Source of the DNA: Candidatus Bathyarchaeota archaeon
GTDB taxonomy: Archaea; Thermoproteota; Bathyarchaeia; Bathyarchaeales; Bathycorpusculaceae
Length of the DNA stretch: 64,000 nt
NCBI GenBank assembly: GCA_963772455.1
Contig: CAVYXJ010000005.1
Span: 32,001 to 96,000, forward strand
Reading direction: 5' to 3'
Shown here: positions 1-9,494 of the stretch, piece after piece
Position numbering within the stretch: position 1 is the stretch's first letter
Layout: the number at the start of each line of letters is the position of its first letter
Made by a program: the position numbers and the translations under genes
Notes under the pieces: generated by a model
What the model was told of the DNA's origin: nothing
The model's input: only the letters and a program-made list of their open reading frames with translations
Database searches by the model: none

Positions 1-394
1 ACTGGGTAAAACACGAATATTCTCATTTCTCGGAAAACTAGAAAGAAAAGATGTAACCCCAGTAAACACTGTATTTAGATTTCCCAGATCCTTGCTTACT
101 GTATTGATAAGTGCTTGTTGTTGGGGATCAGTAGAGTTTAATGATGCCTAGCTTATTGGAAAGTGTTGAAAACTTTGCATCCCACATAGTAGTGTACGAA
201 TTGTCTTGGTAGAGGAAGTAATTGTTTGAGATATAATTTAGGTCGCTTGCTCCAGTTTGAATTTCATTTGTGAGAACACTTTGATTGTTCAACTCGTTTA
301 TCTGTATCATCGTTACAGCTATTGATGACCCAATTATGATTGAAACGATGCTGAAAGTTATTATGCTGATTAAGAGTTGGGTCTTTATTCTCAT
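1..394 (-). CDS. Membrane sensor protein, probably the N-terminal part of a sensor histidine kinase (partial, runs off the left edge; +1 frameshift near 147)
   Basis: N-terminal MRIKTQL plus TM helix, then an extracellular helical region. Removing one base at about 147 gives NKLASLNSTDPQQQALINTVSKDLG..., open to base 1. The kinase domain is not in the window, so the function is inferred. Confidence 0.5.
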
Positions 395-400
395 GTCTAT

Positions 401-1587
401 TTCCTCTAGCCGATTATGTTTACTGCCTCAGGTTTAACTGACTTCAAACCATCTTGGTACACATAATTGATAAAGTTAGGAACCGTTGAAGCATTAGTTA
501 ATTGATTGTTTATCAGCCATTGAGCTTCATCACGCATAGCTAAAAGCAAGGATTGGTCAAGCGAAAGAGAAAAATCGTTCTCACTCCACGCTTTGACCAT
601 ATATGCATCGGTTAGATTAAGTTGGTTCTTTAAAATTTCTTTTGCTTCGGCAGGATAATTAATTACAAAATCTTCAGCTTGCGAAAGAGACCTAAGAAAC
701 CTCGTCACCAGTTCAGGATGGTTCGTTATCCACTCGTTGGTGGCAATCGCTTGAGCATAAAGCGGCTGACTGCTTTGAATTGACCAAACTACAGCGTTAT
801 TACCTAAACTATCCTTTGCTAATTCTGCAGTAGGTTGTGCAGTTGCAACAGCGTCTATGGAGCCATTTACTATAGCATTAACCCATTCCGTCGGCGTTTT
901 GAGGTCAATAAGTGTTACATCTTGAAGATTCAAACTATTAAGTTCAAGAAATCTGCCTAAATAGAATTGAGCTATGGTTCCAAAGGCAACACCAATTGTT
1001 TTGTTCTTCAGGTCTGATATTTGGTTAATTCCTCTATCTGCACGCCCGACAAGATAGATAAACTCAGATTTAGAAATGCTTCCAAGTGTGCTGATTTGTG
1101 TTCCGTTGAGTATGCTGTTGGTGAGAGGAAATTCTGTTGTTCCCACAACAATGTCCGCTTCGGCTTTTAAAACGCCATTTAATGCACCTGATCCAGTGTC
1201 GTACTTAAGTGAGGTAACGATTAAGCCGTTTTGGCTGAAAAAATTCTGATGTTCAGCAACCCAAAAAAGTGTAAGTGATTCAAAGGGTGAATACGCAATC
1301 TTAATTGATTCCATTTTCCCCGTGTAAGGCGTCTGTGAATTGAGGTAAACAAATGAACTTAAAACAATGGCTATGACCAAGATGGTAGCAACTAAAACTA
1401 TGGTTTTATGTTTTGAAATTAATTGTCTTGCTTTCATCATTTGCTTCCTCTAGCCGATTATGTTTACTGCTCCAGGTTTAACTGACTTCAAACCATCTTG
1501 GTACACATAATTGATAAAGTTAGGAACCGTTGAAGCATTAGTTAATTGATTGTTTATCAGCCATTGAGCTTCATCCTGCATAGCTAA
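401..1587. repeat. 143-bp near-identical direct repeat (401-543 and 1445-1587)
   Basis: Hand alignment at offset 1044 shows 4 mismatches; covers the 3' ends of both binding-protein genes and the following RBS. Confidence 0.9.
406..1440 (-). CDS. NMT1/SsuA/THI5-like ABC substrate-binding protein
   Basis: N-terminal TM anchor; DLKNKTIGV..GT and G.IDA motifs of periplasmic binding protein type 2. Confidence 0.85.
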   Translation of the reverse strand: MMKARQLISKHKTIVLVATILVIAIVLSSFVYLNSQTPYTGKMESIKIAYSPFESLTLFWVAEHQNFFSQNGLIVTSLKYDTGSGALNGVLKAEADIVVGTTEFPLTNSILNGTQISTLGSISKSEFIYLVGRADRGINQISDLKNKTIGVAFGTIAQFYLGRFLELNSLNLQDVTLIDLKTPTEWVNAIVNGSIDAVATAQPTAELAKDSLGNNAVVWSIQSSQPLYAQAIATNEWITNHPELVTRFLRSLSQAEDFVINYPAEAKEILKNQLNLTDAYMVKAWSENDFSLSLDQSLLLAMRDEAQWLINNQLTNASTVPNFINYVYQDGLKSVKPEAVNIIG

Positions 1588-2469
1588 TAGTTGAGCTTGG
1601 TCAAGAGTAACTGAAAACTGATAATCTGACCAAACGGTTTTCAAGTACTCGCTACTGTAATTAAGCGTTTTTGCCAAGATAACAATCGCTTTCTCTTGAT
1701 TGTTTAAACCAAAGCTTTCAGCCTGAACTATTGCTTTTAGGAAACGTACAATCAAATCAGGATGTGTTACACCCCAGCTTCTTGTGCAAATGGCATCAAT
1801 GTAAGCTAGTTGATTATTTTGTATTGGCCACATTACCGTTTTGTTGCCTAAGAGGCTTTCAATTTGGTTAATGTAGGGTTGAAAAGCGACAGCCGCATCG
1901 ACCGTGCCATTTGCAAGAACATCTGGCGTTTGTACAAATGGGACAACATTAACAAGGTTAACTTCACTTCGACTTATGTCGTTTAGTTCAAGAAATCTCC
2001 CAAGGTAAAACTCACCGTTGGTTCCCATCGGAACTCCAATTGTTTTACCTTTTAAATCTGAAACATTTTCGATACCTCTGTCTGTTCTAGCGACTAAATA
2101 GAACTTGTCGCTTTTGCAATAGCTCCCAAATGTGTAAAGGCTTGAGTTTTCCAAGGCTTTTTGGGCAATAACAAACTCAGATGCACCCGTTATGTCTACT
2201 TCTCCATTTAGTAATCCGTTTACAGCTGCTGCACCAGAATTAAAATTTTTAACTGTTACGTTTAGGCCGTTGGCTGCGAAATATTGCTGATCATCAGCTA
2301 TGTAAACTAAGGCATTCATTTCGGAATTAAAAAACCCGATTGTAACTCGTTCAACTTTGCCAATGTAAGGTTTTTGAGAATTAAGATAAATAAATGAGCT
2401 CAAAACAATGGCAATAACTAAGAAGATAACGGCTGCGATTATGAGATTTCGTTTTTTTGGCACTACCAT
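1450..2469 (-). CDS. NMT1/SsuA/THI5-like ABC substrate-binding protein (tandem paralog)
   Basis: N-terminal TM anchor; DLKGKTIGVPMGT, GTVDAAV; paralogous to 406-1440. Confidence 0.85.
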   Translation of the reverse strand: MVVPKKRNLIIAAVIFLVIAIVLSSFIYLNSQKPYIGKVERVTIGFFNSEMNALVYIADDQQYFAANGLNVTVKNFNSGAAAVNGLLNGEVDITGASEFVIAQKALENSSLYTFGSYCKSDKFYLVARTDRGIENVSDLKGKTIGVPMGTNGEFYLGRFLELNDISRSEVNLVNVVPFVQTPDVLANGTVDAAVAFQPYINQIESLLGNKTVMWPIQNNQLAYIDAICTRSWGVTHPDLIVRFLKAIVQAESFGLNNQEKAIVILAKTLNYSSEYLKTVWSDYQFSVTLDQAQLLAMQDEAQWLINNQLTNASTVPNFINYVYQDGLKSVKPGAVNIIG

Positions 2470-2815
2470 ATTATCTTAGCCTCAGAATACAAAACTTAAT
2501 ACAATGGCATTGATGTACGCATATATAACTATCGAAAAATAACGATTATTTTCAAATTACCAGCAAATTAGAGAATTGGAATTAGAAAAATGCTAAAATC
2601 GGTCTTTTCACTTTTACCCCAAATAACAAGAGGTTCAAGTTACAGTGCAACCCATCCCCACAAAGAACAAAAATTGGGTAGCTGCTCAAGTTCTCTTTAT
2701 AGAAAAGAGAAAATGAATTAAAAAGTGTTCAAATCCCTCTTTGTTGTCGTATTGTTACAGTCACATATACTTAAGAAAGCTGGCAACTGCTAATACATTA
2801 TTTAGGTGAAAAGTT

Positions 2816-3004
2816 ATGCGCAAAAAAGAACATCGTCACACAGACACATTGGGTGCCGCGTCATCTCAAGATATACCAGTAAGAGGAGTAGAACCAAGTC
2901 AAATTCCATGTGAAGTCTGCGGAAGAACATTCAAAACTCACTCGGAAATGGAAAGACACAGAGACACAACGCACCATGAAACAAAAGGACACGAGGAAGA
3001 ATAA
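2816..3004 (+). CDS. Small C2H2 zinc-finger protein
   Basis: CEVCGRTFKTHSEMERHRDTTH fits C-x2-C-x3-F-x5-hydrophobic-x2-H-x4-H; AGGTGA RBS upstream. Confidence 0.8.
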   Translation: MRKKEHRHTDTLGAASSQDIPVRGVEPSQIPCEVCGRTFKTHSEMERHRDTTHHETKGHEEE

Positions 3005-3204
3005 TTATTCAGTTCACGCCCAATGATGTGGGATTATATAACTATCTAAACTAACCACAAACTTGCTTACTTCATATTTTGATGCAATTAAGAATTACAT
3101 CTCAGGTATTTGGTTAATGTCGATCTTTTTCTATCAGGACCAACATAAAAAAAGTAAGAAATGATTTTAAGATACTAATAATTCAGAAACTCTGCATACA
3201 TTAG

Positions 3205-4488
3205 GTGTCAATGTTGGTTGTTGAAAAAGCTGTACATTTTTATTCTTGTCAATTAGCGACATCTAAATCTGTACAACAACACAAACTCCGAAAGCGTATA
3301 GCTTGGTTGTCAAATAAAGAGGGACAGGGCAGAGAGTTCATCTCACTTTTCATACCTCCAAACACTCGAATAGATGAGGTAATTGCCAACCTGAAGAAAG
3401 AAGCTGATTTAACTATCAGGGAACCTGAGAAGGTTAAAGAACGATTACAAAGTTCCTTTAAAGCTGTAATCCTTAATCTAAAACAGGTTAAGGAAATTCC
3501 GGAAAACGGGTTAGCTCTATTTGCAGGATTTTTTCCAGTTAACGAATCTGAAAAAGAAGTATTAAGCTTAGAAGAGATAGTTCCACTTGAACCGTTTAAC
3601 GCCTATTCTTACTCAATTGGCACCCATTTTGATTTAATGCCACTTAGAGAAATGCTAAGAGACCAAAAAAATATTGGAATACTCGCTTTAGATTCTAAGC
3701 AAGCTAGTTTTGGATTATTAAATGGTGAACACATTGAAATTTTAGAGAATATTTCTTCTGGAATTTCCGGAAAATCTGGAAAAGGCGGGTCGAGCCAAAG
3801 AAGATATGAACGAGAACGCGACTCCTCAATCGAAAACTTCTTTCACAGAATTGCGGAACACGCAAACAACCAATATATCAAGAAAAAAGTTAACATTTTG
3901 ATAGTCGGGGGACCTGGTCAAACTAAAAATGATTTCTTGAAAGGTGAATATCTTCATTATGAACTGAATAATATGCTTCTAAACATAGTTGACACCCAAT
4001 CCGCAGGCAAAGAAGCGCTAAAAGAGATTCTAAACAAATCATCTGAACTTCTTAAGAATATGTGTGGACCTGAAGAAAAAAGAATCGTTCAGAATCTAAT
4101 GACAGAGTTGAGTAAACAAAGTGGTTTAGCCATTTATGGTTTAGATACAGTGTTAGACGCGCTTAGAAATGGTGAAGTGCAAATTGCTATAGTGACAGAT
4201 AGCACCGATATGATTGAAAATGTTGCAGTTTGCAAAAGATGTGGGTTTTCAAAAAGGAAGATAGCAAATAAGAAAATTCATGCCATCCGAGAAATGATTG
4301 AGAGTCCATGTGAAAAGTGCAATGGGGTTTCATATGAATATAGAGAGAAAGACATTGTTGATGTTTTAGAAGATATAGCTTCTCAAACTGATGCAAGCGT
4401 TGAGGTAATTTCATCCATTTCTGATGAAAAAGCATCACTCACAGCGTTGGGTGGCTTTGCAGCTCTTTTAAGATACAAATCAGGATAA
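3205..4488 (+). CDS. Peptide chain release factor aRF1-family paralog with degenerate motifs
   Basis: ISLFIPP, PENGLALF, KGGSSQRRYER, IVGGPG.TK, YGLD.V, C4 zinc minidomain and LGGFAALLRY give the full three-domain aRF1/eRF1 architecture. Confidence 0.9.
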   Translation: MSMLVVEKAVHFYSCQLATSKSVQQHKLRKRIAWLSNKEGQGREFISLFIPPNTRIDEVIANLKKEADLTIREPEKVKERLQSSFKAVILNLKQVKEIPENGLALFAGFFPVNESEKEVLSLEEIVPLEPFNAYSYSIGTHFDLMPLREMLRDQKNIGILALDSKQASFGLLNGEHIEILENISSGISGKSGKGGSSQRRYERERDSSIENFFHRIAEHANNQYIKKKVNILIVGGPGQTKNDFLKGEYLHYELNNMLLNIVDTQSAGKEALKEILNKSSELLKNMCGPEEKRIVQNLMTELSKQSGLAIYGLDTVLDALRNGEVQIAIVTDSTDMIENVAVCKRCGFSKRKIANKKIHAIREMIESPCEKCNGVSYEYREKDIVDVLEDIASQTDASVEVISSISDEKASLTALGGFAALLRYKSG

Positions 4489-4792
4489 ACATTGTTTTTC
4501 AACAATTAATTTCAACAGATATAATTTTCAAAAGTTTTGAATCATAAAAATGTCTTTGTAAAAACTAAAGACATAAGTTGCCATACCGTTTTCAAAGCCG
4601 AATGATATTCTAAAAACAATTGTTTCTAGAACTATTTTGAATACTTGCATGATTTCAAGCTTGTTTCAACCTATAATTTTAAATGGAATGAAATCATTCT
4701 TTTTGATAAAAAATTTACTTTCAAATCCGTCAAAAAATTTGCAACTCTTGACACGGAGATCCAGAACGCTGAATGAAAGAGGAAAAGACCGC

Positions 4793-5491
4793 ATGAATAA
4801 TGAAGTAAAATTATTATCAATAGGGGTAATGATCGTTATTCTTCTATTAGGAGTTGCAACTTATTTTTCTTTTGAGGTTGTATCAGCTAAACAGATTCGC
4901 GTAGCTTGCGTGGGCGATAGTATTACTGAGGGAAGCGGTTATCCCTTCCAATTAAATTTGATGCTTGGTTCAAACTACGTCGTTGGCAATTTTGGGGTAA
5001 GCGGATCCACTGTTTCACTTGATTCTACGAAACCTTACATGAATGAAAGCAAATTCAAAGCAGCTTTGGATTTTAACCCTGACATTGTTGTTATTATGTT
5101 GGGAACTAATGATGCAAACACAGAAGTCACTCCAAATGAAAATGGCGTTGATTCTGATTATTCAAAGCTGGTTTCGGCGTTCCAACAACTTGAAGGTAAG
5201 CAACTAATTTGGATTGCAAAGTCACCGCCGATCTTCACAAACAATTCAAGTTACAGCAATACAATTCTCACCACGAATGTACTTCCACAAATTGACAATT
5301 TAGCTGATGAAATGAATTTACCTACAGTTGACATGTACAATATTCTCAGCGACCACTCGGATTATTTTGCTGATGGCATACATCCAACTCGTGATGGCGC
5401 CGCTTTGATTGCCACTAATGTTTACAATGCAATAACTTTGCCCGATGGATCTCCAGATACGTCTTACTTTGATTTTGGTTACTCAGATTGA
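4793..5491 (+). CDS. Membrane-anchored SGNH/GDSL hydrolase-fold protein (esterase or acetyltransferase)
   Basis: GDSIT, G.SG, GTND and DGIHP blocks; N-terminal TM; start moved to ATG 4793 after a GAGG RBS. Confidence 0.85.
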   Translation: MNNEVKLLSIGVMIVILLLGVATYFSFEVVSAKQIRVACVGDSITEGSGYPFQLNLMLGSNYVVGNFGVSGSTVSLDSTKPYMNESKFKAALDFNPDIVVIMLGTNDANTEVTPNENGVDSDYSKLVSAFQQLEGKQLIWIAKSPPIFTNNSSYSNTILTTNVLPQIDNLADEMNLPTVDMYNILSDHSDYFADGIHPTRDGAALIATNVYNAITLPDGSPDTSYFDFGYSD

Positions 5492-5584
5492 TATTGGTTG
5501 GAAATTACTCTCTATTGCGGATATTACGCAAACTGTTTATAGTAAATCGTGAGTAAAGAAAGATACAGGTTATTGGGATCTTAA

Positions 5585-6649
5585 GTGAACCTGAATAATG
5601 AAAAATTAGTTCTCCCTGTTGATCTCATCCGTTCTGTGGCCATAATTTTAGTTATCTTGCTTCATGCCTCAACTCAGTCTTACTCGGAGGTTGATTTGAT
5701 GTCGCCACAAGGAGTACAAATCTGGTGGGCATCAAATATCTATGATTCTCTAGCTCGAGTATGCATCCCTTTGTTTGTAATGTTGGCAGGTGCACTTTTG
5801 CTTCAACCCAGCAAAGCAGATGAACCACTAAAAATCTTCTTCAAAAAAAGGCTATATCGAATCGGACTGCCTTTCATCTTTTGGGGGGCAATATATTTTG
5901 CTTGGCGATTCTTCGTAAATGGCGAAGCATTAACAACTAACTCTCTTATTCAAGGACTGTTAAATGGACCTTACTATCAATTTTGGTTTCTCTACCTAAT
6001 AATAGGATTATATCTCGTCACACCTATCCTGCGAGTACTAATAAAACATGCAGAACAAAAAATAATCAAATACTTAATTTCCATTTGGTTTTTAGGCACA
6101 GCTATAATTCCAATATTAACATTGTTCGGATCTTTCAATTTGAATGCCAATGTCTTCCTTTTGACAGGATGGTTAGGCTATTTTGTTTTAGGCGCATACC
6201 TAATGAAGGTACATTTGAGATCTTCAATTCTAATCACAGTTTTTGCAGCGGCTTTTCTCTGGACAATAATTGGGACATACCTAATCATTGGCAATTTAGG
6301 TGAAATATTTAATCAGTTTTTTTTATCAGGTTACAGCTTCAACATCATACTGGGTTCAACTGCATTATTCTTACTCATGGCTTCTATCCCAGCCTCTAAA
6401 ATAGAAAAAAGATTTCCAAATGGCAATCGAGTACTTAGAGTAATAAGTCAAAACACTTTGCCGATATTTCTATTCCATCCAATTGTACTGGAAACCTTGC
6501 AGAAAGGTTACTTAGGATTTGCCATAAACATAACATCAATTAACCCAATTGTAGAAATCCCACTTATCACCGCTCTCACTCTGCTCATCTGCCTCGCAAT
6601 AATTGTTCCTTTAAAGAAAATACCTTATGTAAAAAGAATCATTGGTTGA
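5585..6649 (+). CDS. Acyltransferase family 3 (WecH-like O-acetyltransferase)
   Basis: DLIRSVAI..VI.LH, R.CIPLFVMLAG and FWFLY motifs; about 10 TM segments. Confidence 0.85.
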   Translation: MNLNNEKLVLPVDLIRSVAIILVILLHASTQSYSEVDLMSPQGVQIWWASNIYDSLARVCIPLFVMLAGALLLQPSKADEPLKIFFKKRLYRIGLPFIFWGAIYFAWRFFVNGEALTTNSLIQGLLNGPYYQFWFLYLIIGLYLVTPILRVLIKHAEQKIIKYLISIWFLGTAIIPILTLFGSFNLNANVFLLTGWLGYFVLGAYLMKVHLRSSILITVFAAAFLWTIIGTYLIIGNLGEIFNQFFLSGYSFNIILGSTALFLLMASIPASKIEKRFPNGNRVLRVISQNTLPIFLFHPIVLETLQKGYLGFAINITSINPIVEIPLITALTLLICLAIIVPLKKIPYVKRIIG

Positions 6650-6753
6650 AATAAAAAATTTTCAAGTCAATTTCTACAATAAATTTCTCTTACTTTTCTA
6701 GCAAAACTATTTCTTGAACAAAGTGGGGCTAATCTAAGGAAAAAAGCTGTACC

Positions 6754-8169
6754 TTGAAAATAATTAAAGAACAAATCAAGTTGCAAACAAACGCATTTCG
6801 CGAAAAATTTGAAAGAAATAACTTGAAAAAAATCTTTGCTGATAATTATCCTCTCTTAAGCATACTAATTGGCTACTTATTTGTAGCATTAACAATAGGA
6901 CCGTTCTACAATAGTGATACTGCAACTGAATACAACGCTGTATCGGGAGTATTGAAATATGGCTTGCCAAAACTGGATAACGGCAATTTCATTAATCAAC
7001 CCCCATTAGGATTCTATTCTCAAGCCTTTTTCTTCAACATGTTCGGTTCTTCAATAAGCAATGGCACGTCCTTGGTCACCTTGTTTGGGCTTGGATGCAT
7101 CGTCTTAGTATATGGAATTGCCAATACCGTGTACAATAAGACTACAGCTTTTTTCGCAGCTACCCTTTTTGCTTTTAGCCCATGGCATCTGATATTGTCA
7201 AGGACTTTCCTAATTGATGTTCAATGTCTCTTCTTTAGTCTGTTTTCGCTATTTCTTGGAATATTTGCCGTCCGCCGAGATTCAATTAAGTTATTTTTGG
7301 GTGGAGGGATCATTTTTGCAATGGCTTTTAGCACAAAATTATATGCTGTGTTTATTCTTATCCCAATTTTGGCTTTCTTTTTCTTCTATAGATCTGAAAA
7401 AATAAGACAAAAATTAATTTGGTTGGGTGCATTTTCCGCGCCAACATTGTTGTTTTCTTTTTTGTGGTATCAAACAATTGCGAAAGTCGGAATGGGAGCT
7501 ATTATTTTTCACACCGATTTTGCAATCCATGAATCTAGCGGTATAGTTCCTTCTTACTTTTTTGTAAGCAATTTCCTCACTAACTATGGTTTAGGCTGGT
7601 TATTTGTGGATGCAGCAATTCTATCACTATTACTATGTTTCACCCAAAAACGTTTATTTCGCAGATTTCTTGCTTTTGATATAATCAGCTTGTTAACCAT
7701 AATTTGCATATTAAGTGTGAACACTTTTTTGGGAGCAACCTTGAAACTTAATTCCCCTTATCTGACCGCGATAAAATATGATTATCAATCATTGCCTTTC
7801 TTTGCTTTCTTAGCGGGATCATTGATAACAAAAAGCATTTCACTCATTAATTTAAGCAAGCTAAAGAAAAAATTAACTAAAATAACCTATGTTTTTGCCG
7901 CTTCATTAGGATTAATCCTTGTGCCACTTTCAATAGGAATCAACATGAGTTATGTGAATCTATTTTCCACTTGGACCTATTTACTTTTCAAAGCGGACTC
8001 AAACATTAAAGTGGGGTATTCATTTTTTAGCGATACTCCAGTTGGTTTAAACAGCGTTCTGTTTAATTTTCAATATTTAGGGTATGCATTAATGCTATCA
8101 GGAATTGTTTGGCTAAGCAGGCATAAAATATTTTCATTACTGAAAACAGTAAATGTTAAAATCCATTAA
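6754..8169 (+). CDS. GT-C fold glycosyltransferase (ArnT/PMT, GT39/GT83-like)
   Basis: QPPLGF motif, FSPWH..SR...D, TKLY; multi-TM. Confidence 0.8.
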   Translation: MKIIKEQIKLQTNAFREKFERNNLKKIFADNYPLLSILIGYLFVALTIGPFYNSDTATEYNAVSGVLKYGLPKLDNGNFINQPPLGFYSQAFFFNMFGSSISNGTSLVTLFGLGCIVLVYGIANTVYNKTTAFFAATLFAFSPWHLILSRTFLIDVQCLFFSLFSLFLGIFAVRRDSIKLFLGGGIIFAMAFSTKLYAVFILIPILAFFFFYRSEKIRQKLIWLGAFSAPTLLFSFLWYQTIAKVGMGAIIFHTDFAIHESSGIVPSYFFVSNFLTNYGLGWLFVDAAILSLLLCFTQKRLFRRFLAFDIISLLTIICILSVNTFLGATLKLNSPYLTAIKYDYQSLPFFAFLAGSLITKSISLINLSKLKKKLTKITYVFAASLGLILVPLSIGINMSYVNLFSTWTYLLFKADSNIKVGYSFFSDTPVGLNSVLFNFQYLGYALMLSGIVWLSRHKIFSLLKTVNVKIH

Positions 8170-8214
8170 ATTAAATATTGAACAAAAACAAGTTACATAA
8201 TGAAGAGAATATAT

Positions 8215-8258
8215 TTAAGAGAAGAAGAGTGAAAAATTTGCACTTCTTCTTCTCTTAA
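8215..8258. repeat. Palindromic intergenic element, copy 1
   Basis: TTAAGAGAAGAAG (8215-8227) pairs perfectly with CTTCTTCTCTTAA (8246-8258); homologous inverted copy at about 15073-15127. Confidence 0.7.
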
Positions 8259-8490
8259 CATTCTTCTACCTTTAACAGTTGCTCTTTGGATGAAGCAGAG
8301 ACTATGATCCTTTCATAGCTGAAAAAATCCGAAGGGCTTGATTCAACATGTTAGTGTAGGCGCAGATTACGATGCATTGGATTTTGTGGATGCAAAGATC
8401 GCCCAGTCTTATCCTCAAGTTAAGCCTATAGCCATTCCTTGTAAAAACAAGTCTTATTTATTTGAGGGACATACAAGAAAGTGATGAATT

Positions 8491-8862
8491 ATGCAAAACG
8501 ATACAGAAACAAAAATTAAGCAAGACCTTTTGGCTGAAATTCAAAACTTAGAACAAAATTACATAGTAATTCAGGGTTTTATCGCTGGAAAAGAATATGA
8601 GGTTACAGTAATCGGATCAAGCCTTCAATCATTCAAAGACAGCTTAAGTAGAGCAAGCGCATTTGTCCTTGCATTATACAACTTTAAAGGCAAAAGAGTC
8701 AACATTCCATGGGAACCGCTCTTCACTAACTTGGATTATGCACTCGCGACTTTATCAACTACTCCAAAGAAAGAAGCTGTCCAAGTAATCTTATCCATGG
8801 CTAAAGAACAGATTGAACAGGTATTATCATATTTCTCAGCTCTAAAAGAATCACTCAAATGA
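8491..8862 (+). CDS. Hypothetical helical protein
   Basis: 123-aa ORF with ATG, plausible RBS and normal composition. Confidence 0.65.
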   Translation: MQNDTETKIKQDLLAEIQNLEQNYIVIQGFIAGKEYEVTVIGSSLQSFKDSLSRASAFVLALYNFKGKRVNIPWEPLFTNLDYALATLSTTPKKEAVQVILSMAKEQIEQVLSYFSALKESLK

Positions 8863-9090
8863 CATTGATTCTCAGCAACGCTTAATCAGAATTAATGCCT
8901 TTTCTTTTTGATTATTATGGTTTCTTTTTCTGTAGCTCAAGTAGACTTAGTTTCGCAAATTTTCATTTTTGTTTTTCTTACTGTTGGATTATTTGTGGAG
9001 CGGGTTTCCTGCTGGATTCGAAGGCAGAGACTAACTGTATTCAAGGATGAAGAGTTAAGTATAACCCAAATCAAACATTTGTGAAGAAAG

Positions 9091-9456
9091 ATGGCATATT
9101 TACGTAACGAGAAAGAAAACCTCGAAGTATCATATCCATTGGAAAAGATTTGGGCTGTAATACCAGAAACCGTCAAGATTTTGGAATGGACAATAGAGGA
9201 GCAAGACGACACAGCCCACAAGGCTAAGATCAAATCGAAAGGTGGTTTCTTAGCCTACAATTCAATTCTTTTCCTTGAAGCGTCTTCGGTTGATGAAAAT
9301 ACAACTAAAATGTCTATCTATGCAGAAACACCAGTAACCACAATAACATCAATTATTGATTTCGGCAGGACCAGAGACCGCGTAGGTCAATTTATTGAAA
9401 CATTAGGTAGGCTTATGGAAAAGAAAGATAAACAAAAGAAATCTCAAGCGGATTAA
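9091..9456 (+). CDS. Hypothetical protein
   Basis: 121-aa ORF, globular alpha/beta pattern; preferred over the antisense ORF. Confidence 0.7.
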   Translation: MAYLRNEKENLEVSYPLEKIWAVIPETVKILEWTIEEQDDTAHKAKIKSKGGFLAYNSILFLEASSVDENTTKMSIYAETPVTTITSIIDFGRTRDRVGQFIETLGRLMEKKDKQKKSQAD

Positions 9457-9494
9457 GCAAAAATCTAATAACATTAGCAAATGTTTGATTATTT

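Noticed and set aside
8290-8485. Open stretch PKGLIQHVSVGADYDALDFVDAKIAQSYPQVKP
   Set aside because: No clear start or motif; at most a gene remnant
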